DNA of 64,000 nt from Raja brachyura (taxonomy: Eukaryota), in contig OY740785.1 of NCBI GenBank assembly GCA_963514005.1, positions 87,668,001 to 87,732,000 of the forward strand, in the 5' to 3' direction. The translations under genes were made by a program, and so were the position numbers. Positions 49,441 to 62,991 of this stretch are shown piece after piece. How positions within the stretch are numbered: the first letter of the stretch is position 1; every line of letters begins with the position of its first letter. The notes below the pieces were generated by a model, which ran no database searches, was not told the DNA's origin, and worked only from the letters and a program-made list of their open reading frames with translations.

Positions 49441-50909
49441 GGAGATCAGTTAACAGCATCTGCAGTTCCTTCCTACAGAAATTGGAATATTGAATAAAAC
49501 ACAAAGTGCCGAAGAAGGGTCCCAATCTGAACGTTCCCTCCACAGATGTCCCTGACCTGCTGAGTTCCTCTAGTACCTTATGTATTTCCATAAGGAACTG
49601 ATGTAGTAGTGTCCTGGTGAAGAGATTGTTCATTTCCAAAAGCCACAACCTTCCAGTTATACATGTTATCAAGGCGAGAGTTTACTCATTTCCCATTGAT
49701 ATCAATTTTACTAAAGCCCTTTAATTCCTCAGTGTGTTAATGCTGTCTTGATATTTAAGGAAGTTCACTCACAGCTAACCTCTGAAATGCATGTATGTGA
49801 TGTGTTCTGCAGCCAATTTTCCTACTATTGAAATTAAGCATTGTAAGCATTGTAAGTTGTTCTACCCAAATCAAGCCAAGCCCCAGAACTGCATGCATTG
49901 TTTGTAAATGCATAATTCATAGTGAGTTCTTAGATTGTAACAGAAGAGCAGTACACAGACACACACTGACTCTTACTTCCTCTCTCTCCCTCTTTTTCTT
50001 GTTTCCCCTCCCCCAGTAGCTGAAGCCAACATTTCTGTTTTTACTTATTTTATTGCAGATAAAATTGTCCGTTTCTCACCTCCCTTTATGTTACCGCTAC
50101 CGCCTTCTCTTCCACATTTTTCTCTTCTTCCTCTGACTGAAGTGCAGGATTGACCTGGCTTTCTAAGATATCTTACATAACTAATAACAAATCAGTCAAC
50201 TAGGAGATTTCATGAATTCTCTTTATTATCCATTCAAGACTCCATACTTCATTGCCTGTTCTTTCTGGAGTTTACAGACATCTCGTGGCTCTGTTGTTTA
50301 TCTATTCTGTTTTTTAAGCCTCCTGTTTTGACCTGGTTAATGATCATGTAGTACTCTATTTATTTGCTGAAAATTATAAAAGTAAAACAACTTTTAAAAT
50401 ACAAAGCAAACAAAAAAACCACTACGGAAACAAGTATCCTTAGCTGTATCCTCAAATGCATTACCATTATGTTAAGGGGGTGGGGATAGAGAATGCTCAA
50501 AAAACTTTTTAAAAGAATTTAAGTCCCACTATTGGGATCACATTGCAGATAAAAACATTAAATCCAGACCCATTCATTTAAATAGTTGAAACTAAAATGA
50601 TGATAAACATCCAAAATGTCTGAAGCATACAGAAATTGCAATGATAGTCAATTTATAAGAAACTATTTTATTTCCTTGGAAATCTATGAATTCAATGGAC
50701 AGACTGAGTTAATATCAAAAGGCGACTGAAGTTTTCTTCACACATTTTATTTCTTAGTAAATAAGAGCTGATTTGGAGAAATGCTTGTATTACATTTTGC
50801 TCTGCCTCCAGTTAACCACCCAAGAGAAACTAAAGGCCACTTACTAAGTTTAATGTAGTTATTATCAACTGTCAATTAGTGTCAATAAAGGGAATGACAC
50901 CATATTTTT

Positions 50910-51297
50910 AGGGTTGAGATTAAGAAAATTTACCAGAATGCTGTCTGGATTAGAGGGCATTAGATACAAGGCGAGGTTGGATTGTTTTCTCGGGATGCCG
51001 GAGGTTGAGGGGTGATCTGATAGAAGTATATAAGCTTTTACCCCAGGGTGGAAATGTTAAGGTCTAGAGAATATAGCTTTAAGGTGGAATGGGGCAAAGT
51101 ATAAAAAGATGTGGAGGGCATGTTTACACAATAGAGTGGTGGGTACCTGGAAGGCACTGCCAGGGGTGGTGATAAAGGCGTGATGGTGGCAGTTAAGAGG
51201 ATATTATGCAGGGGATGAAGGGGCATGAACCATGCGGAGGCAGATGCAATTAGTTTATCTTGACATTATGTTCTGCACAAACATTGTGGGCCAAGGG
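50910..51297 (+). mobile_element. Older CR1 3' fragment
   Basis: Degenerate FTRML.GL.G...RRLRGDLIEVYK. Confidence 0.7.
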
Positions 51298-51878
51298 ACA
51301 ATAGACAATAGGTGCAGGAGTAGGCCATTTGTCCCTTCGAGCCAGCACCGCCATTTAATGTGATCATGGCTGATCATCCCCAATCAGTACCCCGTTCCTG
51401 CCTTCTCCCCATATCCCTTGCGCTATTTTTAAGAGCCCTATCTATGTCTCTCTTGAAGGCATCCAGAGAACCTGCCTCCACCGCCCTCTGAGGCAGAGAA
51501 TTCCACTGACTCGCCACTCTCTGTGAGAAAAAGTGTTTCCTCGTCTCCGTTCTAAATGGCTTACTCCTTATTCTTAAACTGCGGCCCCTGGTTCTGGACT
51601 CCCCCAACATCGGGAACATGTTTCCTGCCTCTAGTGTGTCCAAGCCCTTAACAATCTTATATGTTTCAATGAGATACCCTCTCATCCTTCTAAACTCCAG
51701 AGTGTACAAGCCCAGCTGCTCCATTCTCTCAGCATATGACAGTCCCACCATCCTGGGAATTAACCTTGTAAACCTACGCTGCACTCCCTCAATAGCAAGA
51801 ATGTCCTTCCTCAAATTAGGGGACCAAAACTGCACACAATACTCCAGGTGTGGTCTCACTAGGGCTCTGTACAACTAC
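51298..51878 (-). mobile_element. Young CR1 LINE 3' end (CTATTGT tail)
   Basis: LVRPHLEYCVQFWSP...; ORF 51374..51874. Confidence 0.95.
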
Positions 51879-52868
51879 AAGGGAGTTTTGTACAAATTTT
51901 GAACTTTTGTACAAAACTAATTTTGTAGTTATAATTAGGACCCAAAGTATTTAATTTTTTCACAGAATATATTCTGTTTTTGAAATTCCAGCTATTACCA
52001 ACATCTATATCAATTGCAGGATAACTATAACACAGACAACACTAACCACCTTTATTTCAGGTTTAATCAAAAGTGGCCGATAATGGATCACCAGAACAAT
52101 ACAAAATTAACTTTTCAATGCACATTCGTCTGATGCAAGACAAATAAAATAAACTCCAAGACATTCAGCAGGGCTTGGCAACCTCAGGACCTGCCTGGAA
52201 TTATGTATGTACAATCATCTGAATTTCCTTCTTTGCTGGTCTACATATTAACAAAAAGCTGAAAGCAGGGACAGGAATGGAAAACTGACCAGAAGGTGTC
52301 AAGATCCAAAGTTCAAGTTTACCAACATTTTCAGGCAGATCCACTTCTGTGCACAGTTATGATACTTGCAACAAGTGGAAGAAGATTAATGATTCAAACA
52401 TCCATTGCTCATTAGACTGGCAGTCTCTAGAAACATGGAGAGATTCTCAGAAAGCAACTGAATAATGTAAAGGGTTATAGTCCAAAGTCTCAGTCGCTGC
52501 CCGCTTTCCTTTTGACAGTTGCAGACATTATGGTTTCTTCCAATTTGTCCATAAAAATAATTTACCCTTTAGAATTATTGATTAGCCACAACCAAAGACG
52601 GTATATTTAAGAATTGCAAGTGAATAGTGTCTCTAAATAGCAATCCAGAATTCTAATGTTTTTCCCTCCTCCCTTAATCTTAATAAAGTCAAAGATTTTT
52701 GTAGTTGACATTGGCTTACTTAGCAACCATCAGCTACAGACCATCTTCATCTAACAGCACAGCACTGTTCCAGGCACTAACTAGAACCATTAGAGAAGCA
52801 AAACAATTTAAATGATCCAATTCCAACATTTTCCTTTTATATATCTAACTAACAAGCAAAATTCTTAC

Positions 52869-53046
52869 TTGCTCCAAATATCTGGGTCAAAATGCTTTTC
52901 TGATGGCTGCAATCTATGTTGTATGGGGTTTCACCGGCTTTGTTAGGGCGGTATAGAAGACGTCCATCTTTAGGATTTCTCAGGAGCAGTTCTGCCAATT
53001 TTCTACTTCGCCCACGGATCGCAATGTGAAGTGGAGTGTCCCCTTT
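52869..53046 (-). CDS. KIDINS220: KIDINS220 exon, last ankyrin repeats ([42 protein letters not shown]...QIFGA)
   Basis: 178 nt, phase 0/1; within ORF 52849..53091. Confidence 0.97.
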
Positions 53047-53611
53047 CTGAAACCATTGACAATTAAATATTTTCAAATCATATGTTTTCATTTAAACAGT
53101 TTAACATAAATATATTAAGAATACAGCAAAACTCAAACAATTCAGTGTTGAGTTGTTTGTAAATTCAAATAGTTTTGCATCCAACTCCGTTTGGTCCAGA
53201 TTCTGAGCCAGAAGTCCAGAGTGCAAGTGGAGTTTGTGGCCGGAATGAGAGAGGAAGCTGGGAATACCAGGGGTCAGGGACATCGGTAGGTTAACAGCAG
53301 GAGCTGCAGTCCTGAGTGCATATAAATTTCAGCTTGTTAGAAAGATTTAAAAGTACAAACTGAAACTCACCAGTTCTATTTTACACTCCCTTCAAACTCA
53401 CTCGGTCTCAGTTTCCCACTTTAAACATGACAAAGTCCCATTCTCCGTTATTTCTCTACAACCCCTGAACTTATCTTTCTCACATATCCATCCATTCTGC
53501 TTTGAGACTTTCTTTTGCCATTAATGAGTAATATGTAGTAGCCAATTAATCTGCCAGCATATCAATTGGGCATGGGAGGAAACCTGAGAAAACCAATGAC
53601 TCATCACGAGG

Positions 53612-53705
53612 GTAGATAAAAATGCTGGAGAAACACAGCGGGTGAGGCAGCATCTACGGAGCGAAGGAATAGATGACGTTTTGGGTCGAGACCCTTCTTC
53701 ATACT
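53612..53705 (-). repeat. Penelope terminal-repeat fragment with degenerate hammerhead motif
   Basis: GTATGAAGAAGGGTCTCGACCCAAAACGTCATC. Confidence 0.65.
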
Positions 53706-54747
53706 TCAGTCACTACGAGAATCTGGAACTCTGCAGACAGTACCCAAGGTCATGAGTGAGCATGGGTGCCTGAAGCTGGGAGGCCACTCAGTTTTCAATA
53801 AATAGTTCAACATCCAGCCACCAAAAAAATATGTTGAATATTTCAAAATACTTTTCCAATGGATTTGTGATAAATGGTAATCATAATAATAGAGAAGCAA
53901 TGAACTGCAGATGAACTGCAGATAACTCAGCGGGTCAGGCAGCATCTCTGGAAAACATGGAGTGTTCTCCGGAGATGCTGCCTGACCCATTGAGTTATTC
54001 CAGCACTTTGTATTTCTTTTTAGGAAAATAATAGAATTGGGCAGAGCCAACATGGGCTCAGAACATGGGCTCTGCCGAGTTGGCCCATGTTCTGAGGACC
54101 CAGTGGACTGTGGCCTGGAAGTGGAGCCTGCCGAGCCGCTGCTGCTTGTCCCCCGAAGGCCAGAGACAGGGAAGAGGAAGCCAGCGATGACAACAAATGC
54201 GATGGGAGACAACCAAGGCCAGTAGGAGAGAAAAGGGAACTGGGGTCTGGCCTACAGTGGCGGTGCTGGCTCGAAGGGCTGAATGGCCTACTCCTGCACC
54301 TATTGTCTATTGATTGGACACGCTAGATGCAGGAAACATGTTCCCGAATAGTTTAAGAATTGTCTAACCAAGGAAGGCAAAGGGAAGCCTTCAGCAGCCT
54401 GAATTGGGCACCACTCATATCTGGAATGTGGACTGAACTTGGAAAATTGCGCCAAAACATGGCATCTGTTGTATGCGGGCTCAGTAGATCATCTCTGTCC
54501 AATTGCAAATGGAATGGCAATACTCTACGGGACTACTTGTTAAAAAAAAAGAATTTCACTGTGTGCTTGCACTTCACACGTGACAATAAAGCCCCATTGA
54601 ACCATTGAATTGGACCATTGAACTTCCATACAATATTTCCAGTGGATGTTTAAATGGCTCTTTTATCGTAGCTAATAAAAATAGCTGAACTTTATACTGC
54701 AACATTCATGGTTCATTTATCAAATTATGTACAACGACAGTTGTTAC

Positions 54748-54846
54748 CTTATCTGCTGCAGAGACTTTAGCACCTTTGTCCAATAAAAGTTCAACTATCT
54801 CAATGTTCCGCATTTTAGTTGCTTTAATGAGAGGAGTCTCACCATC
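54748..54846 (-). CDS. KIDINS220: KIDINS220 exon, ankyrin repeat ([33 protein letters not shown])
   Basis: 99 nt, ttcag| ... |gtaaca. Confidence 0.96.
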
Positions 54847-56014
54847 CTGAAAATGGAAAAGAATCTTTTGTTAGTTTTGGTATCAGCATAGAAGTATTCT
54901 GTAGCTTAACAAATAAAGCCATTCTGTTTGATTACAATATTGCCATAAAACAAGCTTTTGGGGAGTTTATAACAATTCTCAGGGGTTCTGCTCTAAATAA
55001 TTTACCAGCAACCAATATTCCCAAAGGTTGAAAAACTTTGTGGAATAACTGAATAAATTCATTCTAATTTACAAAATATCAAAACACCACAAATGACATG
55101 AACATTTCACTAACAAAATTGTGATGACCAGTACCATTATAAATGTTAGCATTCGGCAAAAACCAAACATATTTCCAACTAATATATGGCGTTAAAATAC
55201 AGTGCTCACAGACAAGGCTAAATATAAGCAAAGCTTATTTTATACTTCTCGCAATTTAAGAACATTTCCACACAAGGCTGCATCATTGCATTTCGCAAAC
55301 TGAAAGAAATAGGTCAAACCTAAATGAAAGAACACACATCTTGTATGTATCCAGTTAGTTGAATTTATCATGCAGTTATATTTGTTAATAATACAGATAA
55401 AAGTGTAGGTTATAACAGAAAAGTGAAGAAGCCAGGACATAGTCAACAAGATAAACAGTGCATTTCCTTTTCAAATCTGTTTTATGGACAAAAATGAACT
55501 GAAGTACAAAGTAGGAGGATGGAATTGAATTCAATGACATACCAGGAGAAATTAAGAAATTGAAAATGTATTCATAGTAGAAAAATGTATAAAATAGTGC
55601 ACACATTAAAAGGAAGAGTCGAAACCTATTAGATCTCTTTTTTAGAACTAGAGAAATTAATTGGACACCACTAACACTACTTACATTGGGGGGGGGAAAG
55701 GATATATCGCCTTTAAAAACTGCACATTTCTGTGAGTCATTTAACAAGTAATAAATGTGCGATTGAGGTAATTTCACAAAAGGTTATGGGGAAGATGAGG
55801 AAGTTGTCATTTTCATTAAACTGTTGATGGCGCTGCCTATATTGGTCAGCAACATGTGCCTATTCACAAAATAACTTTTTTACTGCAAAGAGTTCCATAT
55901 TAATAAAAAAGTGAAAACATATTGTTAAGCAAAATCTGCTATATGAATATTCTAAAAATCACTATTGACCAATTCCATAAGTTACATAACCTAGCAAATA
56001 CAATGACAAAGGCT

Positions 56015-56790
56015 TCAAAGGATAAAGGACAAAGGACATTTATTGTCACATACACCAATTGGTGCAGTGAAATTTGAGTTACCATGCAGCACACAAATAC
56101 GATAAACACACATTAGAATTTAACATAAAACATTTTTTAAAATCCCCCCACAGCGAAATCAACGTTTCCCACTGTGAGGGAAGGCACCAAAGTTCAGTCC
56201 TCTTCCTCTGTTCACCCGTGGTCGGGGCCTATTGAGGCTTCCGCAGTCGCGGCCCGATGTTTCAGGCCCTCGAACGGAAGAACACTCTCAGCGGCCCGGA
56301 GCCTCCGAATCGGCCGCTTCCTACCAGAGACCACGGCTTCCGAAGTCCACAGGCCGAGCTGGGCGGAGATTCAACGCTGGCGACCTCGGCGAGAGGTCCC
56401 AGGCTCCGCGATGTCAAATTCAGCGCCACCAGCGGCTGAAAAGTCAGCGCCGCCAGCGGCTGGAAAGTCAGCGCCACCAGCTGCTGGAAAGTCAGCTGGA
56501 AGCTCCCGCCGCCCGTGACTGGAAGCTCCACAGACCACAGCTCCACTGTGTTCAAAGTCGGCAGTCCCAGCATTCCGGAGCTCCAATACGACGATTCCCG
56601 GTAAGGCATCGCTCACTCCGCGATGGAATCCAGTGTTGCACCACTGCTGAAGCTGAAGCTCTGGCCGGTTGCCGGCAGGAAAGGCCGCGTCAATCCATAT
56701 GGTAGGCCGCCAGGAGGGGGCGAAAATGCGGCTCGGAGAATAGTCGCATCCTCGACCAGGAAGTGACTAAGAAAAACAGTCATTTCCTGG
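56015..56790 (-). mobile_element. GC-rich non-autonomous retroelement with Rex-like 3' tail and internal 24-bp minisatellite
   Basis: TGTGACAATAAATGTCCTTTGTCCTTT tail; CpG-rich body; 3 x AAGTCAGCGCCACCAGCGGCTGGA. Confidence 0.55.
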
Positions 56791-57004
56791 TGGAACAGTC
56801 ACTTCACAAGTGGAAACACAAACAAGCACTTTAAATCTGCTAATACCATTTAAGTTATCGACTTGAAACAGTGAAGAAGTAACAATTGGGAAAAAGGCCT
56901 AATGAGTAAAGTTCTCTTCAGGGAATAAGAGGCAAAAACAGTGACAAACTATCAAAATAAAATATTAGCGTTATGTAATAGATCTGATACGTATCTACTC
57001 ATAC

Positions 57005-57103
57005 CTTGATGCAGATTTCTGTGTCAGGGTTGCATTGAAGAATATCCCTTACTATTGTTGCATTTCCTTTCTCCACAGCCCAGTAGAGAGCAGTTTTATT
57101 ATC
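57005..57103 (-). CDS. KIDINS220: KIDINS220 exon, ankyrin repeat ([33 protein letters not shown])
   Basis: 99 nt, tttag| ... |gtatga. Confidence 0.96.
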
Positions 57104-58014
57104 CTAAAAACATTGTCAGAAGAAATCTTAACAAAAATGTAATAAAAACTCATAATTATGCAATAATCACTATGTTGAAAATTGAGTCAAAAAAACTTCT
57201 GATTTTCTTAGGACTAATCAATTTTAAACTGTACACTGTACAAACAACAGGCTGCAGACGCTGAAATCTGAAGCAACAAACAATTTGTGGCAGAACTCAG
57301 CCGGTTGAGCGGCATCTGTGGTGGTAAAAGGACTATCGTGATGCAGAGTTTTGGTCAGAAACATTGACAGTTATTTTCTCTCCACAGATGCTGCTTGACT
57401 CGCTGAATTCCTCTGGCAGATTATTTGTAGCTTCAATTTTAAAGTGTCAACCTTAGCACGGTGGCATTATGGCCTGAAACTAAAATAGCTGTGCTTTCAA
57501 GCCTCACTGCAGAGTCTGGAGCCCATCCTCTAAAATGATTTTTGCAACTAACATATCTATATATTATGCTACACAGCAAACAATAATTGTATAATTATCT
57601 CTTGTAGTTTGCAGGTCATTATTATTGGAAAATATGGCATTTGGTCATTATTACAATGTTGTTTGTGAAAACTTGTGTCCAATTTGAGCATCGATTTGTG
57701 TTCCTACATTACACCAGTAATTACTCTCCAGACACAATTTACTGCCTACGAAGTGCAAATAAGTGCTTTGGGATTATTCTTTGCTCATCAGTGTCACCTC
57801 TCATAAAAAGTTCAATCAAAGAGTTCCATCTATGATTCAAATATCGCTGTGTTTGCTGCAAGAAGTAAAATAAAGAAATAAATAAACCTTGACGTTTAAA
57901 TTGCTATTATTCTCACAAGTTCACTGGACATGTTGACAAAATTATTTTCTTGATTTTCCATGAATCAACACAAGAAAAAGTCGAATGAAGGTGATTATTT
58001 ATCAATTTTGGAGG

Positions 58015-58325
58015 TACATTGATGCAGCTATGGAGCTGCTACCTCACAACTCCAGTATTCCAGATTCAATCCTGACTTCCCGTGTTGTCGGCGAAGGGTT
58101 TGCACATAGGTTTCTTCTGCATTCTCATGTTTGCTCCCACATCCCAAAGACATGCATGTAGGTACTGTACATTTCCCATACTACATAGGTGTGCAGTAGA
58201 ATTTGAGGGAGGGGGGAAGATGATGATGAGAAAGTGGGGAAGTCAAAATTGGATTGGCATAAGATTAATGTAAATGGATGTCAGTACATCCTCAGTGGCC
58301 CAAAGGGATGGACCCTTTGTTGTTT
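58015..58325 (+). mobile_element. Degraded V-SINE
   Basis: GAGCTGCTACCTCAC...TTCAATCCTGACT...CTCCCACATCCCAAAGACATGC. Confidence 0.65.
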
Positions 58326-58787
58326 GATTACGATTCTCGTTAAATTCCTTTCCACTGACGAGAAGCAGTTCACCTATCACTGGTTCCACCCAACACTTTT
58401 GAATTTTATATTGTACCTTAAAACAGCAATTCATCATTGAATCGGGAAAGCACTTTAATTTAATATCTGTATCTATTCTCTATATATAAACCAAGACTAA
58501 GTTTATTAGTGAACTAAATATATTTATTTGATAGAAATCGCTGCTGAAGTAATTCCTAATCACCGATGAAATGGTGACTAGAAACCTAGGATATTTTCTT
58601 TGGTTTGCATTCCAGTATTTAACTATGATCCATTGCCTTATAGAGAATATTTTACTCCATGGGTTAGAGTACTAATATTGTTGCATAGAGCATGTGATCA
58701 GTCATGATCTCCACAGTCATGATCTCCAATTTTGTGGAAAACCTGTTCCCTTTAATATTAATTATCCTGATCAACATATAGACTTAC

Positions 58788-58886
58788 CGTTCCTTTAATA
58801 TCTATGTCAGCATACTTCTGAAGTAGAGCCCTCACGATTTCCACATGACCACCTTTAACAGCGCCAATTAGTACAGTATCTCCACT
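58788..58886 (-). CDS. KIDINS220: KIDINS220 exon, ankyrin repeat ([33 protein letters not shown])
   Basis: 99 nt, ttcag| ... |gtaagt. Confidence 0.96.
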
Positions 58887-59049
58887 CTGAAATAAAATGC
58901 TTGTGAAAATTCTCCCAGAAACAATGCTCAACAATGAGTATTAGAATAGAAAGGCAAAACTTGAACCAAGTAAAGAATTCCAGTGTAAAGGGTCAAGTTG
59001 AAGATTGGGAATAGACATTTAAACCTTTTAACGTAATGTACACGGTGAC

Positions 59050-59370
59050 AGGTGGCATAGTAGCAGTTAGTAGAGCCGCTGCCCACCAGCTCAAGTGATC
59101 CAGTTTCAATCTTAATATCCTGTGCTGTTCATGTGGAGTTTGCACATTCTTTGAAAAAATGTGGCTTTGTTTCGGATGCTGCGATTTCCTCCCACATGCC
59201 AAAGGTGTGTGAGTTCACAGATTAATTGGCCACTGATGTGTAGGAAGATGGTATATTCTGGGAAAGGTTGCTGGTGCTGTTTTGATAGTAAAATGGGTTA
59301 GTATAGAATTATTGAAAATGGGTACTTGGTGGTTGACACAGATTCAATGGGCCAAAGGGTCTGCACATCT
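59050..59370 (+). mobile_element. Degraded V-SINE
   Basis: GGTGGCATAGTAGCAG...TGTGGAGTTTGCACATTCT...TTTCCTCCCACATGCCAAAG. Confidence 0.7.
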
Positions 59371-59449
59371 CAGTGACTTGTGATAACTAAACCTACTATT
59401 GCTATTGGTTTATTAGTGCCACGTTTACTAAGATATAGTGAAAATGTGG

Positions 59450-59660
59450 TAGATTGGAAGACCGAGTTTGGCCTTAGAATGTGAGAGGTTCGCGCAAGAG
59501 TCTGATGACAAGGGGGAAGAAGCTGTTCTTGAATCTGTGATAGGTGCATTCAAGCTTTTATATTGTCTGTCTAATGGGAGAGGAGAGAAGAGGAAATGGC
59601 CTGAGTGTGAGTGGTCCTCGATTAGGCAACTTGAAGTATAGATGGAGTCAAAGGGGGATC
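59450..59660 (-). mobile_element. Rex/Babar LINE fragment
   Basis: DSIYTSSC...DHSHSGHFLFSPLP..RQYKSL. Confidence 0.6.
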
Positions 59661-60082
59661 TGATTGGGTTGTATTCATAATTCCTTGCAAATCCTTGAAG
59701 TTTCAGGCAGAACAATTGGGCCATAGAAAGATGTGAACAAATACCTGGTCAGTTTGCTTGGGAAGGGACAAGGAGGAAAAATAAGTGTTAAAAATTCAGA
59801 CATTCCAAGATTAAAAAATGATTAGTTTCTGTTAGCAGAAAGCTTCAATAATAATGAATCAAAAATATAAAAGGACTAAATTATAATTTAATTCACAAAG
59901 AAAAAAAATTTCCACAACACCACCTCGAAACAATAAATTACGAGTTACAACACCTGCAAAATGTAAAATCTACATTTTTTCTAAGATTTATAACTTCAAA
60001 TGAAAATGTATCTGATGTAGTTAACTGCAATTAAATATTTCTGAAAACATTCTACTATGGAAATAAAATACATAATACTAAC

Positions 60083-60280
60083 CCTGTCAGGGATGTTGAC
60101 ATAAGTGCCAGCATCTAACAGGTCTTGGACAATCTCTATGTGACCTTCCTTTGCAGCAATCATCAAAGCTGTATTTCCATCTTTATCGGTCAAATTGACA
60201 TTTGGATTACGATTTAGCAATTCCTTCACTTCTTCGGTATAGCCACCTTTAACAGCCACTATTAAAGCTGTCATGGAGTT
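60083..60280 (-). CDS. KIDINS220: KIDINS220 exon, two ankyrin repeats ([13 protein letters not shown]...GTYVNIPDR)
   Basis: 198 nt, phase 0/0, AG/GT boundaries; overlaps ORF 59996..60274. Confidence 0.97.
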
Positions 60281-60954
60281 CTACAAAAAGATGTTGATGA
60301 AGAGAACTTAATTTAAAAATAATAGTTTTCTCATGTTAATGACTTTAATTTGTCTACAATATAGTCTCTTCCTTTGGAGGAGACAGCTAATACTTCAGTT
60401 AACTTAGATTTTATCTCATCATGCACAATGAGTGAAGAATAAGCACAATATTTAGGTTAATCATGGTGAAGAAAGATACAGAGTAACCAAACAGATACAT
60501 TTGTACATTACAATAAACTTCTGAAAAATTGGGTAAGTTGAGGTACAGTTAACACAAGGTGAATGTGGCAAGTGCAGATGAATATGAATACTCATAAAAT
60601 CTGTAATTACCAAACTATATGCCATGAAGGAAATGGGGAGGCATTTTGAATGGATGAAATGGAAAGTTACATACTTTTTACCGATTAAGTGATAAATCTG
60701 AGTGTACATAAAATATCAAATCTTAAGAGTTAATGTTTAAATGCATTATGTGAAACTAAGCACATATTTTGAACTTAAATGCATACAAAAGCTTTATCCA
60801 AATGTACTTGCAGGAATTTCCAGTGCACAAATTCGAGAGCATTTCATTATACATCAAAAATATTAACGTAAAATACATTATTTGATCCTATGCAAATTTC
60901 CAAACACATTTTAAATATATTTTACACGAAACAACAACCATTACAAATACATAC

Positions 60955-61053
60955 CGCTCCTTCTTGATCAACATCCGCACCCATTTCCAACAAATGCTTC
61001 ACACACTCAAGATGACCCTTTCTGGCGGCCCATATTAATGGAGTTGTTCCATA
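60955..61053 (-). CDS. KIDINS220: KIDINS220 exon, ankyrin repeat ([33 protein letters not shown])
   Basis: 99 nt, phase 0/0, ttag| ... |gtatgt; not in ORF track. Confidence 0.96.
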
Positions 61054-61679
61054 CTAAAAAAAATAAACATTTTTTGCAAATGTATTTCAATATTCTCAAT
61101 GGTATTATTTCAGTGGATTCTATAATTTAGACCATGCAACAGCAAGATGTTCATGACATACAAATATTTGCTTAACATCTTCAGAACCAATAGTACTTCC
61201 TTCCTGAAGATGTGATTAGATCTCTTACTCACGCAAGGAAAACAACAAATAAAGATGAGATTTGAAGCCATTTACTACAAAAAAAATGTTTTTTGCTGTA
61301 GTTTAGGCCTTGGTCACAGCAAATGACTTTTCATTAAATTAAATTTATAAACTGCTTCTCTCAGTTCTGGCAGAAGTTCTTAGAAAATCAACATGTTTTG
61401 TCAAAATAGTTTTTAGCTATTTATCCAGTAAAGTTTTACAATGAATGAAAGTGACTATGTTATGTTGCACCATCTTTATAAACAAACAGATTCAACATAA
61501 AACTGGATATACACTACCTTTACTTAAATGTTAAAGCTTGACATAAACTACCAGATCATTTAAAAACATATATATTTTCTATTTAATAATCAAATATTTT
61601 GGAATGCTCAAATCATCACAAGAAAACAAATCAAACCTATAGTTAGTGGTATCAACCACAAGTACATTATAATCACCAA

Positions 61680-61870
61680 AAGCAGCTGAGGAGGCCGTCA
61701 ATGGATACTTTTAAGGCAGAGATAGGTAGATTCTTGATTTGTACGGGTGTCAGGGGTTATGGGGAGAAAGCAGGTAATGGGGTTAAGAGGGATAGATCAG
61801 CCATGATTGAATGGTGGAATAGACTTGATGGGCTGAATGGTCCAATTCTGCTCCTATCAGTTATGAACTT
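61680..61870 (+). mobile_element. CR1 3' end
   Basis: FKAEIGRFL...GYGEKAG plus 3'UTR. Confidence 0.8.
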
Positions 61871-62991
61871 GTTGTCAGTACTAAGTTAATTGAAAAGATG
61901 GATCATTTATATTATAAAACACCTGTCATTCATCCAATTAAATTTACCTCTACGTAATGCAGCATTATTCCAGATTGGTGAGCACTTAACTCATAAAAGT
62001 GAAAATATATTACGGTAATAATCAATTTATATTTACATAAACCACAGAGTACAGAAATTTAAGATACTCCATAGTAGTTGGGAAATAAAAATAAAACGCT
62101 GACATGATACTTCCTTATAGTCTACAAATTAAACACAATTCATAGTTTGAGACACAAAACCTCATACATTACTACTCAGCAGCAGGCATCTTTCAGACTG
62201 CAAATCGCCAAGAATAACAACCATGCTCTGATTATGCTGGGACAGTCAGAGTCAAATTGCTTGCAAATATTTTTAAAACTTAATATTCACTGCAATTTGC
62301 TTCCACATCTTTGAGCAGTTTAATTAATTGTTGGATGGTTAACTCCACTAATTCATTTCACAATACAATTTTTAATGTAAACATTAAAACAAAAATGAAA
62401 TATCCCGGCACTGATTGGTAGACACAAATAAGCTGTTTTGGCAACACATTTAAAATCAAAAGCAATTAAATCTAAATACATCTAAATACTGTTTTGCATT
62501 CTATAAAACTATTTTAGAATGATAATCTGCAGTGAACAAAAGCTTATGCAGATAAGAAAACAATATTAACAGTCATGCACTTCCCCTAAATGAAAAATAC
62601 TCAATGGCAATTTGATATCACAGAATGCCATTTCCTTAAATTACAAAATAACTTTTGTTCCATTGGAGTGCAGTTTTAATCCATTGGGGCTTCACCATCA
62701 GATGGATCTAACCTTCGGACCAATAGGCCACTTGTTGAGTTTCTGCTAGACTTCTACACCAGATTTAAAGAGACGTTTTTCTCAGAAGCTTGCTGCAGAA
62801 TAAGTATACAGCTAACCTTTCAGCTGACAGCAAAAGAAAGAACATAATTTTTCAATTTTGGATTTATTGCATTACATATGCAGAGCTAAGTATCCACAAA
62901 AAAACTTAGAAAGAGTAAAAAGCAAAACAAAAGAAAAATGTTACAAATTCATTAGTGTGGCATATTGTCCGATTGTCTGAATTTTCACATT

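Larger units (their letters stand above)
8054..61053 (-). other. KIDINS220: KIDINS220/ARMS gene span (5'-partial; 24 coding exons in window)
   Basis: Exons join in frame through GT-AG introns into ankyrin repeats, KAP NTPase with TM segments, SAM-like region and C-terminal ...YGEERESIL, matching recalled vertebrate KIDINS220. Confidence 0.98.

Noticed and set aside
56415-56500. CRISPR-like array
   Set aside because: Head-to-tail tandem units without unique spacers; vertebrate DNA and no cas genes.
56174-56705. ORFs with KSAPPAAG repeats
   Set aside because: Translation of a 24-bp minisatellite in a GC-rich repeat; open in several frames on both strands.
62817-62823. 7-nt AG..GT microexon after a pyrimidine tract
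   Set aside because: It would frameshift the ankyrin region; no supporting homology.
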